A stretch of DNA of 54,055 nucleotides, counting the filler, from Stramenopiles sp. TOSAG23-3 (taxonomy: Eukaryota), in assembly GCA_900128585.1 (NCBI GenBank). It is 4 parts of 4 records of this genome, joined end to end, with 100 filler letters (N's around TTAATTAATTAA, not from the genome) between each part and the next. Parts side by side here need not be neighbours in the genome. Positions count along the whole stretch, not along the records: positions 1 to 13,481 come from LT642624.1; positions 13,582 to 27,012 come from LT642625.1; 2 more parts are not named here. One strand, 5' to 3'. The position numbers and the translations under genes are program-made. Under the pieces are notes generated by a model, which worked only from the letters and a program-made list of their open reading frames with translations, made no database searches and had not been told where the DNA came from. Shown here piece by piece: positions 11,234 to 21,492 of this stretch (position 1 is its first letter; every line of letters begins with the position of its first letter).

Positions 11234-11871
11234 AATTGCCCTGTATAGGAAACTCCACCTTGCGGTAAAACGCGGGGTGGTATGCTGTTGTGAGAAGCAG
11301 TGCAAGGTCGTGTATTGGCTTCATGGTCAGTCGTGAGACATGTTCGTGCTTTGTTAAATGGATTTCAAAGGTATAAGTTACTAATTATGTGAGTGTTTAG
11401 AATTTCTTGTTTTTTAAAATGAAAAAATAATTATTATTGAATTGTAATATTATATTAATACTATGGGGACCTGAGTATAATAGTAAAGTATATTTTATAT
11501 TTTATATAATAAAGAGACAGAAGAAGGGACTAATTTTAAGGAAATAATATTATTTAATATTATAGAATTTTACGAAGGAAGGTACGCTATATAAATAGTT
11601 CTTCTATCTGATTATTTTTTTTATTTTTTTTATTTTTTGCGCAGCACATGAAAAGATGGTGGTGGTGGCGCTGAAATGATTTTTCTTGAATGTATCCCCG
11701 GTACCGTACCTGTACATATACTCGTATACAATGAATTCACATGTATTAATTTGTTTGTGAGAAATGTGAACTAAAGCTAGTCTTCTTTTGAAAAATAATC
11801 AACCGATCCTCAAAACAATAACACGTTTTTGTCCAAACCCAGAACCCCATTCTATCTACCACTACCCAACA

Positions 11872-12909
11872 ATGTTGTCGCTTACAAATGTTAGGCTGAC
11901 CCTCCTCGCTATTGTCGCGGTCGTTTGTGTGCTGCAGTCGGCGGCCGCAACGGAGCCTCTTCGGGTGCACGGGCTCGTGGCTGCAACGTTTACCCCTTTC
12001 ACGGAGTCTATGGCAATTAATCCTAATGCTGTTGAAAAGCAGGCTGCGTGGCTCAATAAGACAGGGGTAAAATACGTATTTGTGTCTGGAACCACTGGAG
12101 AAAGTGTAAAGCTTACACTGAACGAACGACTGTCTCAGGCAAAGCTTTGGGTTGAACTGGCGAAAAAGTATGGGATGACAACCATCATTCACGTTGGAGC
12201 GGAATGTCTGGAAGATGCAAAAACGATGGCTTCAAATGCACAAAGCATTGGCGCAGATGCCGTTGGCGCGATGCCACCGTCGTTCTTCAAGCCCGCATCA
12301 GTGGAAGCGCTTGCGGCACACATGAGTGCAATAGCACTGTCTGCCCCAAAGCTACCATTCTACTACTATCACATTCCGTCGATGGATGGGGTCGTATTCC
12401 CTATGTACGATTTTGTCCAAGCAATGGAGAAAACAGAGACCTCCAATTTTGCAGGGATCAAGTACACGGGGCTCTATCAGTACCCAGGCTTCATGGACGC
12501 AGCCCGCATCTTGGCGTACAAAGGCGGGAGATACGAAGTGCTGAGCGGCCGCGATGAAATGATGCTGGAGGCACTGGCTGCAGGAATTAAGGGTTTCGTT
12601 GGGTCGCAGTTTAACTTTGTGGGCGACTTGTACAACAAAATTCGCCACGCGTTTGAAGCCATGGATCTCGACACGGCGCGCAATTTGCAGCTCATTGCCA
12701 TTAACTTGCTTGAAATCGAAAAATCCGCACCCCCAACTGCAAATGCAGTAAAGTACGTCATGGGGAAAGCCGTGGAGGACATTGGACCGGCCAGATTGCC
12801 AAACCTTCCCCTCTCTGCCGAAACCAAGGCCTCCATTGACTCCTCGTTCGCCTCTTGGTGCAATGACTTGTCCACCGCGGATCGGCCACAACTCTGCCGA
12901 AATGCATAA
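11872..12909 (+). CDS. NPL: N-acetylneuraminate lyase (DHDPS/NanA family) with N-terminal signal peptide
   Basis: AATFTPF, GTTGE, HVG, YYYHIP (catalytic Tyr), GIKYT (Schiff-base Lys), GRDE (GxDE sugar-binding motif), GSQFN. The first ATG (11872) gives the hydrophobic leader MLSLTNVRLTLLAIVAVVCVLQSAAA. Confidence 0.9.
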   Translation: MLSLTNVRLTLLAIVAVVCVLQSAAATEPLRVHGLVAATFTPFTESMAINPNAVEKQAAWLNKTGVKYVFVSGTTGESVKLTLNERLSQAKLWVELAKKYGMTTIIHVGAECLEDAKTMASNAQSIGADAVGAMPPSFFKPASVEALAAHMSAIALSAPKLPFYYYHIPSMDGVVFPMYDFVQAMEKTETSNFAGIKYTGLYQYPGFMDAARILAYKGGRYEVLSGRDEMMLEALAAGIKGFVGSQFNFVGDLYNKIRHAFEAMDLDTARNLQLIAINLLEIEKSAPPTANAVKYVMGKAVEDIGPARLPNLPLSAETKASIDSSFASWCNDLSTADRPQLCRNA

Positions 12910-13481
12910 ACGGTTCACAAATGCTAAACAATTATTCTTAAGAAGCTGAGTTATACTTTTTCGATTGATGCTGTAAGGATTCTTAAAGCTTATTTAATAA
13001 GGTATGATACTAAGTTTTAAAAAAAAAAAACTAATGAATGTTACTAAGTTTTAATATTTATGATAAACAAATTTTATATCTTAGAGTATGTTTTAATAAG
13101 TCAAAAATTAGAAAAGAAAAAAGAAGGTAAAACCGTTCAAGAACCCAACCTCCTCCTTGTTCCAGAATAAGACTTCTGGTATACATCATTCAAACTATCA
13201 TAAAATTGTTTGAGACAGCGGCTATTATTGTTTTGTAGATGCCTGATAAAACAAAAACTAAAATTATATGACTGAGACAGACAACGAGCACCTCTAAAAC
13301 AATTAAGCCGCTGCTTGGGAAATCGTACGAGGATTGAGTCACCTATGAGTGAGATATCGGATGAGGAAGTTGATTACGGTTCATTTGACAGCATTGCTAA
13401 TACAGCTACCGATTCGGATCGTGCATGGAGTCCATCTATCGATTAGTAAAACCACAAGAGCAAAGATAAGTTCGAAATTTA

Positions 13482-13581
13482 NNNNNNNNNNNNNNNNNNN
13501 NNNNNNNNNNNNNNNNNNNNNNNNNTTAATTAATTAANNNNNNNNNNNNNNNNNNNNNNNNNNNNNNNNNNNNNNNNNNNN
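13482..13581. other. Artificial contig linker (44 N + TTAATTAATTAA + 44 N)
   Basis: Identical 100-nt structure occurs three times; TTAATTAATTAA gives stops in all six frames. Confidence 0.97.
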
Positions 13582-13620
13582 TCAACGCCACGGGGCTGGG
13601 CCCGTCGATGGCCCTGATAA

Positions 13621-16600
13621 GCCACACCCAAGTCGAAGAAAACATCGGCGCACCCCAACGAGGGGCAATGGTTTACAGGAGTAATTGACGAGTACAACGC
13701 AGAAAAGAAAGAGCACCACGTGACCTACGACGATGGCGATGCCCACTGGTACCCGTTGGGTACCGTTAGATACCGGGCACTGGACATTGAAGGCTTGGCA
13801 CTTGTCTCTGTTCGCAGCGCTGCTTCTAGCCACCACCCGGAGTCCAACCCAGCGTCGAACCATGCCCGTGCGCGGGAAGAGGTAGAGCAGGTCCACGAGA
13901 ATACGATTGAGAAGCATTTCACTTCGTTGCCAGAACACCACGAAGAAGTAGAGCCGGCGGTTGGCGATGGCCTGACGACCCCAAAAAAACAAAGCCCCGA
14001 TAGACCCGCTATTAAGTCTCCTGCCTTGTCTGGTGTCAAAATACAACCGGAGAAAGGACTAGAAGGGGAGGCAGCAGACGACTTAGAAGAGGAGTTTTTG
14101 GCTGGCCAAATTATCCCTGAGCCCAATCCACCGCAGCGACAGACGATCGACGATTTTCTTGACAGCGTCAGATGCGGCGAAGCCATGTCCGAGCACGAGA
14201 AAGATCCTTCATTTTATTTGCAGGAATTCGACTATTTGGCCGGGGACAAGGAAATCATTGTTGGCAGCATTACCTTGGAAGACGTTCGCTTGCAAGAGAA
14301 GAAAATGCAGTTTGACCGTTTAGTCCACTTGCAAAAAGAGGCACAGCGGTATAGACGTCGAGAAGAATACTTGCGACTGCAGGAAGGGCATGCTAGAGAG
14401 CGAGTCCTGAAAGAGCAGCAAAAGCTGCAGGACGCCCTCTTGCGGAAGCGCCATAAAGTGAAACGGGAGCTGAAGATCATGGAGCAGAAGGTAGAACGAA
14501 GCTTTCTTCGCAAAAAAGAGGCATTGAGACAAAATTTAGAAGACCAAGAAGGCGTAGTGATGGAAAGGCTGGGGTCGTTGGAGGAGCGAAAGGACACACT
14601 GGGACTTACCATGGGTATGTTTGGCGTCAACTGGAAACACATTCCCCAGCCCGTAGAGTTGCAGATCCAGATGGCTCGGGCAGTCCGTGATTCTCTCCCA
14701 AATGGTCGCTATATAATTCTGCTCACTCTATTCAATAGACTAGGGGGGCGGCCGCTGTGCTGGACCGAGCTTGGACTATCTGGAGCGGGCGTGGGATTGC
14801 CAGGGGCAACAGAGCCAGTCCGTCACAATGGGCGATACTATGACACAGAAATGATATTCAACGAAAGTGTTTTTACCGTAGCTCCGGCCCAACGAGATTT
14901 AAATCCAACGCTCACTTATGTTTTGGAATTGTACCAGCTCGGGACCTCCCGATGGCCCGACAAAGTGGTTGCCTGGTCTGCTTTTCCAGCAGTTGATATT
15001 GGCAACAAGCTGTCCGTTGGCAGAGTAAGGATTCCGTTCCTGCGTGGACCTGTAGACAAATCTATCGAAAATTTTTCCGATATGGAGAAGACCTACTGCA
15101 AAGATTTAGACCGTTGGATGTTTAACATGTACTTGGACGTTGTCCTGTTGCCGAAAGAGGTTGTATTGGGCGATGGAACGATCCTGAGAGATCGAGAAAT
15201 AGAGATGGACTACACACGCCACCTTTTGTCTCTTAGGGCGTCTAATCCGCAGGAAGAGGCCGACGAGGAGGAAGCCAACTCGCTAGTGAAAAAAGATATA
15301 TCGAGTGCAGGCCTGCAGAAAAAGACAGGGGAGTCCCTGGAAGGTCTGAGGAAGAGGCGCCGGGGGGTTGGAAAAAGCATCGGTTCAACGTCCAAGCCCT
15401 CGTTCAACAAGTCTCGAAAGTTTACACGAAGGTCCAGCCAGCAAAAAATAGACGACGCAAAGAAAAGGAAAGGCTACACAATCAACAAATCTCTGCTGGA
15501 AAAATATAGTTACTCTGTCAGGCGGCGTGGCCAGAAGGACGTGGGGTCCTCGAAGTTGGGAGAAGCAGGCCGCCGCATGGCCTTCTTGGCGTACGAGTTT
15601 TCCTCTGAGTACAATGTGCGTCGATGTGGTAACATAGACTTTTGGGTTTCCGTATTAATCCTGCTGTCAGCTTTTTACATTCGGATGTTCATGCATTACA
15701 TTGGTCAGTATGTGTACCTTCGCATTTGCGGTGTGACCGTTTATCGGTTCACTCCAATGCTTCATACAGTGCTGACGAAGTACAACGCTGGTCCATTGTC
15801 GGTCAGGATGGAATTGGGCACGGTCATATCGGGACAAATATTCAACATTATTGTGTTTCTGTGGTTCGTAATCGTGGCGAAAGTGACGAAAAATATCATG
15901 GGACAGTTTCCGAACATACTCTCTAAGTTTTTGTTAGGTTTTGGGCTAGGAACCGTCCTAGACTCCTTGGTGACGCTCATAATTGATTTAATCGTTGGGA
16001 ACTACAATTGTGCTAGTCAATATATATGTTCCGATATTGCCAGCGCAGAATGCCACTGTATGGTAGGCGACGCCTTCAAACTGGCGGAACGATTTCAAGA
16101 TGTTGAGGGCACGCCAATCCCCGGAATTCTTCTGACTGTTCTTGCATACACCCTTCTATGCATTTTTTCCGGCATTTTGTATTACAATTACTTACTTACG
16201 TTGCACTTCAACGGGCGCGTGTGGGATTTGTATTGGAGACTCTCCGCGTACGAAGAGGATTTTTTCCTTCCAGACGATCTGGAAATCTCTGTGGGGGAAC
16301 TACGGTGGATATGCAGCAAAGCGGCACGATGGCGAGGACCCAATGGGGATAGAAGAAAGTGTGCCGTCGTAGAATACGTGCTAACCGATCCCCTTGCCCC
16401 TTCATTCAAAGATGTCACTACCCATTTGGCAATCTACCACGTGACTTCTTCCAACGAACGGACACTGTACCGCCACTTCCTGAGGCTGCCCAACGGTACC
16501 CTTTTAGAAATATTTGGCGATCTTATGCAGTCTGTCAAGGCACAGTACAGCAGTTTGGAGAAGGTCCTAATTGAAGCAGGCCAGTCTCAAGGAGCTCAAA

Positions 16601-16629
16601 GCGTAGAAAATTTCCTCAAAAATCTGTGA
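13621..16629 (+). CDS. OFCC1/ojoplano-like multipass membrane protein, 5'-partial, with N-terminal Tudor-like domain
   Basis: Frame open from 13621. QWFTGVIDEYNAEKKEHHVTYDDGDAHW is Tudor-like. A coiled coil follows, then PQPVELQIQMARAVRDSLPNGRY..RLGG..ELY..DKVVAWSAFP..LRG..DLDRWMFNMY, which I recall as characteristic of the OFCC1 family. About 4 TM helices follow, then HLAIY..LYRHFLRLPNG. Confidence 0.7.
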   Translation, partial: ATPKSKKTSAHPNEGQWFTGVIDEYNAEKKEHHVTYDDGDAHWYPLGTVRYRALDIEGLALVSVRSAASSHHPESNPASNHARAREEVEQVHENTIEKHFTSLPEHHEEVEPAVGDGLTTPKKQSPDRPAIKSPALSGVKIQPEKGLEGEAADDLEEEFLAGQIIPEPNPPQRQTIDDFLDSVRCGEAMSEHEKDPSFYLQEFDYLAGDKEIIVGSITLEDVRLQEKKMQFDRLVHLQKEAQRYRRREEYLRLQEGHARERVLKEQQKLQDALLRKRHKVKRELKIMEQKVERSFLRKKEALRQNLEDQEGVVMERLGSLEERKDTLGLTMGMFGVNWKHIPQPVELQIQMARAVRDSLPNGRYIILLTLFNRLGGRPLCWTELGLSGAGVGLPGATEPVRHNGRYYDTEMIFNESVFTVAPAQRDLNPTLTYVLELYQLGTSRWPDKVVAWSAFPAVDIGNKLSVGRVRIPFLRGPVDKSIENFSDMEKTYCKDLDRWMFNMYLDVVLLPKEVVLGDGTILRDREIEMDYTRHLLSLRASNPQEEADEEEANSLVKKDISSAGLQKKTGESLEGLRKRRRGVGKSIGSTSKPSFNKSRKFTRRSSQQKIDDAKKRKGYTINKSLLEKYSYSVRRRGQKDVGSSKLGEAGRRMAFLAYEFSSEYNVRRCGNIDFWVSVLILLSAFYIRMFMHYIGQYVYLRICGVTVYRFTPMLHTVLTKYNAGPLSVRMELGTVISGQIFNIIVFLWFVIVAKVTKNIMGQFPNILSKFLLGFGLGTVLDSLVTLIIDLIVGNYNCASQYICSDIASAECHCMVGDAFKLAERFQDVEGTPIPGILLTVLAYTLLCIFSGILYYNYLLTLHFNGRVWDLYWRLSAYEEDFFLPDDLEISVGELRWICSKAARWRGPNGDRRKCAVVEYVLTDPLAPSFKDVTTHLAIYHVTSSNERTLYRHFLRLPNGTLLEIFGDLMQSVKAQYSSLEKVLIEAGQSQGAQSVENFLKNL

Positions 16630-17812
16630 CCGTGGACTTCCAATAGAACGTCGACCGGCCCTTCGTGTCGGGAGCACGGAAACAAATATTATCCGAAAAC
16701 ATAAATGGGGAGGGCGATTTTATAGATTAACGTAGGCATAATATTAGCAATGCTATTACCTGCTACTATAAATAAAAACTCAGTTTTCTTTCAGATGTAA
16801 GTTGATAGGAACAATATTTTATAGTCTTAGTAAAAAATTCCCTTCTGTTTGTTTTTTATTGGTTGTAGTGTACGAGGACACTGCCTGATCGTTTTCCGAG
16901 GCGCGCGCGATTAACACCTTGTCATTCGATTGTACGTCGTAGCTGTCGTGTCGGGACAATGGAGCAGCACGATTTGCTTCTTATCAATTTTTTGATTATT
17001 ATTATTAAATAGGCAGGCTAATATTTGTGCTAATACAACCGCCGTTTGCAGTTTTCACTTGTTAGCAGTTGGGTTTCTCTGTAGTGTTTTGTTATATTTT
17101 GTTGTAGTAAAACAGCATTTATCATCAAGTTTATTAGACATACTTGACTACGTGATACTCCTAACAGAACGTAGACAGCAGTTAAAAGAGACGTTGGTCG
17201 AGCAATCTAGTGAATTGCTTGCATCTTCCTTGCATCCGCACCATATTCGTTGGCAAATTCTATGTTCTCTCCCACAGGATTGTGCAGCATAGTTATCTGT
17301 ATACTAATTATAGGCAATTTTTTATTACTGTTGGCATTTCCAAACTCATAAACGTTATTCGCAGTTAGCATGGGGATTTAATAAAATGCCAAAATCAAAG
17401 TAGTATTTAGTGAGCATTTACCATTGCTGTAAAAAAAAAAAAAAGTAATCGTTGGAACCTTGCAAATTTCATTTCTATCCTGAATCTGTTGCTATGCCTA
17501 TGTATTATTCCCTTGCAGCCTGGCAATTCGGAAATCAACAGAACCCACGACACTGGTGGATAGTATAGAGATAGCATACAAAACATTAACGGCCGGTCAC
17601 ACACACCTCCTCTTGGTGACGTGTTCTTCAGAAGTGTTTCACGCAGCCTTTCGTACAACCACAGTCACGCAAACAATTTTTCAGCATTTGTATAACATTT
17701 CATTCACTTATTTGATTCAAGGAGAATTCTATTCGAAAAAGAGAAGAGTTTGATAAGAAGTATATCTTACAGGTAGAAATATTTCACGCAAATATTTCAA
17801 AGGTTAGAAAAA

Positions 17813-20800
17813 ATGTTTCGCAGTGCGACTGAAGGTCAGCTTCCTGTGCTCCCCGGCATTCGACAATATGTCCCCAAACGGTCAGCGCACGGAAGGCATA
17901 CCTTGTTTGATTGCGATAAATCTGGTACAATGATGCACAAGGAAAAGATGAGCCGACCAGCAAGTACTCCAAGCAGCCAACAAAATCTTGGAGGAAGTAT
18001 GGGGCGGCTCTCCAGTTCCACTTTGTTGCGACCCCAAAGTGCTCTCGGAAGTTCAAAGTCATTGGCAATCTTCGAAGATCCCCCAACGGGACTCACTGAG
18101 ACAACCAGGAAGAAGCAGCAAACGATCAACTCTTTGAAAGCATTGGAGCCGTTGGCAATTAACCAGCAGCGCGTTGCACTTCAAAGACAATTGCGTCAGT
18201 TGGAACAGACCGAGGCCCAAATGTTTAAGGAAAACCAATCGACCAACCAACTCAACAGGTCTGCCAGCGCATTGGCTGGCAGCGTGCTTCCGCGATGGGT
18301 CAAAATGGACCGTGAGGTTCTACGATGGTATTGTTACAGCAAAGAGTCTGTCCCAGAGAGCGCGTACGAAACGTTTCGAATTCGCAAATTCATTTTGTAT
18401 TACTACTTGGTGGACGGCACTATCCGTATCAACGAGCCTAAAGTGAAGAACAGTGGCCTACCTGGAGGGGACGTTTACAAGCGTTCAGTAATGTTGAAAC
18501 GCAACGGCACTCCATATGGGCCGGAGGACTTTACGACTGGAGCTGAATTTGAGATTTGCGCTCGGGTCTATCGCATCGTCGACTGTGATGCCCAAACCAT
18601 GAAACACTTTACCAAAAAATTGGGCATGGAATTTGGATATCCGGAGCAATATCCGACAGACCCATTTGTTGAGTCTCAAAAATTTAGCGACGAAGCCCGA
18701 ATGAAGAACCCAAAACTGTCCCGCCGCATCACGAACGAAGCTTTGCTGGGCGGGCGCCCTGGGCTCATCGGGTACCGCGTAACCAAGGACCTTGAAAATT
18801 GGATGAAAAACGACGGCAAGCAACTGAAATTTGAATGCGTGTGGGACGATACTGACAGGTACAACGGTAAATCTTACAAGTTCCAAATGGTTTACTACCT
18901 GGAAGATGATACTATTCAAATCGTTCGACCCAGCGAGAAGGCTGGGGGAAACATGTTTCCAGTACTCGTCAAAAGGTGCAGAATCCCGAAAGACTTTACA
19001 AAACGCAATGAAATCCCGGACAACCCATTGGGAAGAAACCAGAAGAAGTATTACGTTGCCGAAGACTTAAAGTGTGGACAATTCGTCAATATATTTGGAC
19101 GCAACTTAATGATCTGTCGGGTGAATGCGTCCACTTTCGAGTGGTACAAGGCTCGGGGCATCAACCAACATGCCGTTGACGTCGAGAAAGCAGACTCACG
19201 CATCATTAAGCACATTATTCCTCCTTACAACGGGTGGGGTAGCGAAGCTGACTCGCTAACATCTTGTATGCACTTGGTGCCAAAACCAGTGAAGCGAGAC
19301 ATGTTGAGATTCCTAGAAAGCCAAGGGGAAACACTTCGGTTCAAAGCTAAGTTGAACGACCCAAAAACCCCCGCGGACGGGGAGCGTCGTTTTGTGTTCA
19401 CTTTCTACTTGGAAGATCTTACCGTTGCTATTTTCGAACCCGCAGTAGCCAACATCGGCGTTATTGGAGGAAAATACTTGGAACGCGGAGAATACAAACG
19501 AAGTATTCGCGAAAAGACTGCCGAAGAATTGAACCCGTTCGGGGCGCGTGATAACCATCCATTGGTAATTCTTCTGCGAGAAAAGATGCAGCAATACTTG
19601 TCGGGCGGTAAATACATGCTCCTAGAAGCCTTCAAGCATTTTGGAGGCGGTGGTCAAGGAAGCGACAACATTACTCTGAAGGAGTTCAAGCATGGGTGCA
19701 TGATGTGTGGTATGCCCACCACTATGCGAGAGGCACGCACCCTCTTTGGACTCTACGACGAAGACGGAAGTGGAAATATTAGTTTCCAGGAATTTGTCGA
19801 CGGTGTTATGGAATCTGATTACGGTAAAATGGGAAGTGATGCCTCGAAGTCTACCGCTCGATGGCTCCGTCCGTCTGATTTTACCATTGGTAATGTTGTT
19901 CGCATTCAGTTCCCAAGAACTGGTGCCGAAACGCCGGACTTTAAAATTATCAGTGCTGATGGTTATACTCTCAGCATGATGGAAATGAACCCACAAGACT
20001 TTCCAAAGAGTAATGTTGAATACATCATCAAGGAATTGGCAACGAAACTCGCACAGTTCAACGTCAACGTTCATCAAGAATTCAAAACGTACGATCAAGA
20101 CCGAACTGGCACGATCAGCGAGGAGCAATTCAAAAGCCTCCTTAACAAGTGGGCCAAAGATTTGGGCTTTGTTGATGAAGATTTGCAAGAGCAAGATCTT
20201 GTTACGTTGGTTCGCAACTTTGACGAAGACGGTGACGGTTCGATCAGTTACGCTGAATTTTGTGATGCACTCACGGCTGCCCCCATTGCTTTCCGCAACG
20301 AAGTCGATGAAAATCATCTCGAGAAAGCAGAACGGAAGCTGTACAACGAGTTCCATGATCATCCTACAGAAGACTTGGTTGCCGCATTTGCGGAAATGGA
20401 CGAACACGGTGATGGTCAAATTACCATGGACGAATTCCATCGCTTTCTTGAACACCATGGTATCGAAGTTAGTGACGAAGAGACCGCAGCCATTATGCTT
20501 CATTACGATAAAGACGTAAAGGGCTGGTTTAATTACCAAGATTTTATATCCGTAGTAAAATCTCCCCACTTTTTGGGAAGCAAGGGCCTTTCAAAGAAGC
20601 AAAAGAAGCACGCGAGGAAAATGCAAAGTTACAAGTCACTTTGCTCCCAAATGGAGCAAGAGAAAGGTCACGTAGCGAAAATAGAGACATTGTTGAAGAA
20701 ATTTACTCGCTATTTCTTCCGAAAGAAGAGCGTTTTGAAGAAGCGATTCTTATCCCACGACTACGATGGAAAAGGAATTGTAAACAAAGATAATTTTGTG

Positions 20801-21040
20801 AAATCAATTCATCACGCATCCGGCAACGAGTTCCCTGAAAAGTACTTGAACCAACTTGTTCAACTAATGTTCCCTTCACATGATTCAGGGTGCCCATACC
20901 AGGAATTTATGGATGTTGCCTTCCGCGGAGATGTCCAGAGCTTCAATGGTCTTATACAAAGACGATGCAACTTCCACGACGCTAATACGTGGGGCAAGGT
21001 AGTCTTTGGATTCGATGATGCCTTCGACAATCATTGTTAA
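17813..21040 (+). CDS. EFHC1/EFHC2 (Rib72) family axonemal microtubule inner protein: 3 DM10 domains plus multiple EF-hands
   Basis: DM10 motifs VLRWYCY..YYLVDGTIRINEP, LKFECVWDD..YYLEDDTIQI and LRFKAKL..FYLEDLTVAIFEP; IPPYNGWGSEADSL; EF-hand loops DEDGSGNISFQE, DQDRTGTISEEQ, DEDGDGSISYAE, DEHGDGQITMDE. Confidence 0.93.
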   Translation: MFRSATEGQLPVLPGIRQYVPKRSAHGRHTLFDCDKSGTMMHKEKMSRPASTPSSQQNLGGSMGRLSSSTLLRPQSALGSSKSLAIFEDPPTGLTETTRKKQQTINSLKALEPLAINQQRVALQRQLRQLEQTEAQMFKENQSTNQLNRSASALAGSVLPRWVKMDREVLRWYCYSKESVPESAYETFRIRKFILYYYLVDGTIRINEPKVKNSGLPGGDVYKRSVMLKRNGTPYGPEDFTTGAEFEICARVYRIVDCDAQTMKHFTKKLGMEFGYPEQYPTDPFVESQKFSDEARMKNPKLSRRITNEALLGGRPGLIGYRVTKDLENWMKNDGKQLKFECVWDDTDRYNGKSYKFQMVYYLEDDTIQIVRPSEKAGGNMFPVLVKRCRIPKDFTKRNEIPDNPLGRNQKKYYVAEDLKCGQFVNIFGRNLMICRVNASTFEWYKARGINQHAVDVEKADSRIIKHIIPPYNGWGSEADSLTSCMHLVPKPVKRDMLRFLESQGETLRFKAKLNDPKTPADGERRFVFTFYLEDLTVAIFEPAVANIGVIGGKYLERGEYKRSIREKTAEELNPFGARDNHPLVILLREKMQQYLSGGKYMLLEAFKHFGGGGQGSDNITLKEFKHGCMMCGMPTTMREARTLFGLYDEDGSGNISFQEFVDGVMESDYGKMGSDASKSTARWLRPSDFTIGNVVRIQFPRTGAETPDFKIISADGYTLSMMEMNPQDFPKSNVEYIIKELATKLAQFNVNVHQEFKTYDQDRTGTISEEQFKSLLNKWAKDLGFVDEDLQEQDLVTLVRNFDEDGDGSISYAEFCDALTAAPIAFRNEVDENHLEKAERKLYNEFHDHPTEDLVAAFAEMDEHGDGQITMDEFHRFLEHHGIEVSDEETAAIMLHYDKDVKGWFNYQDFISVVKSPHFLGSKGLSKKQKKHARKMQSYKSLCSQMEQEKGHVAKIETLLKKFTRYFFRKKSVLKKRFLSHDYDGKGIVNKDNFVKSIHHASGNEFPEKYLNQLVQLMFPSHDSGCPYQEFMDVAFRGDVQSFNGLIQRRCNFHDANTWGKVVFGFDDAFDNHC

Positions 21041-21492
21041 GGAGGCGTTGCACTTTAGCAAACAAATCATCAAGACCGGACTGTTCAACCACTTAAAAAA
21101 CTAGTTTTCACAGGCCAGCAGAACGCTTGTCGCGCTTTGCGCTGTCGTGAAAGGTAATACTTTGAAATAAAAATAAAATATTAACATCGTTTAGGACTTG
21201 TGCGATTTTAACAGATTGGCACACTAGAGATATCAAAATATATGATATGTAAAAAAAAGGGAGAAATAAAAAACTTTTTTAATACTTCGTATTAATATAT
21301 CGTGTATAAAATATAAAAAACAAAATAATGGCTGTTATTGTGGCATCTCAATGTTAAACAACGAAAACGAACGATGCAACCCCCCCCCCCCTTTTAAAAT
21401 CAACGCAGCAGCCTAAATGTATTGCGTGTAATACAAACACTTTTCTCTCCAGTAAATTATCACATCTCTCAGATGTGCAGGCGAAGCCTGCT

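Noticed and set aside
13008..13054. 13-bp direct repeat TACTAAGTTTTAA around a short A-run, possible retro-insertion TSD
   Set aside because: Only 21 nt between copies, and the A-run is on the wrong side for a retroposed insert; more likely slippage duplication.
13526..13537. TTAATTAATTAA palindrome (also at 27057 and 40581)
   Set aside because: Synthetic all-frame-stop spacer inside N-runs; not biological.
13615..13620. In-frame TGA-TAA as a sign of stop-codon reassignment
   Set aside because: All other genes are uninterrupted under the standard code and end in TAA, TAG or TGA; a local indel near the contig end explains it better.
19622..20569. 315-aa antisense ORF within EFHC
   Set aside because: Shadow ORF of a well-supported gene; no independent features.
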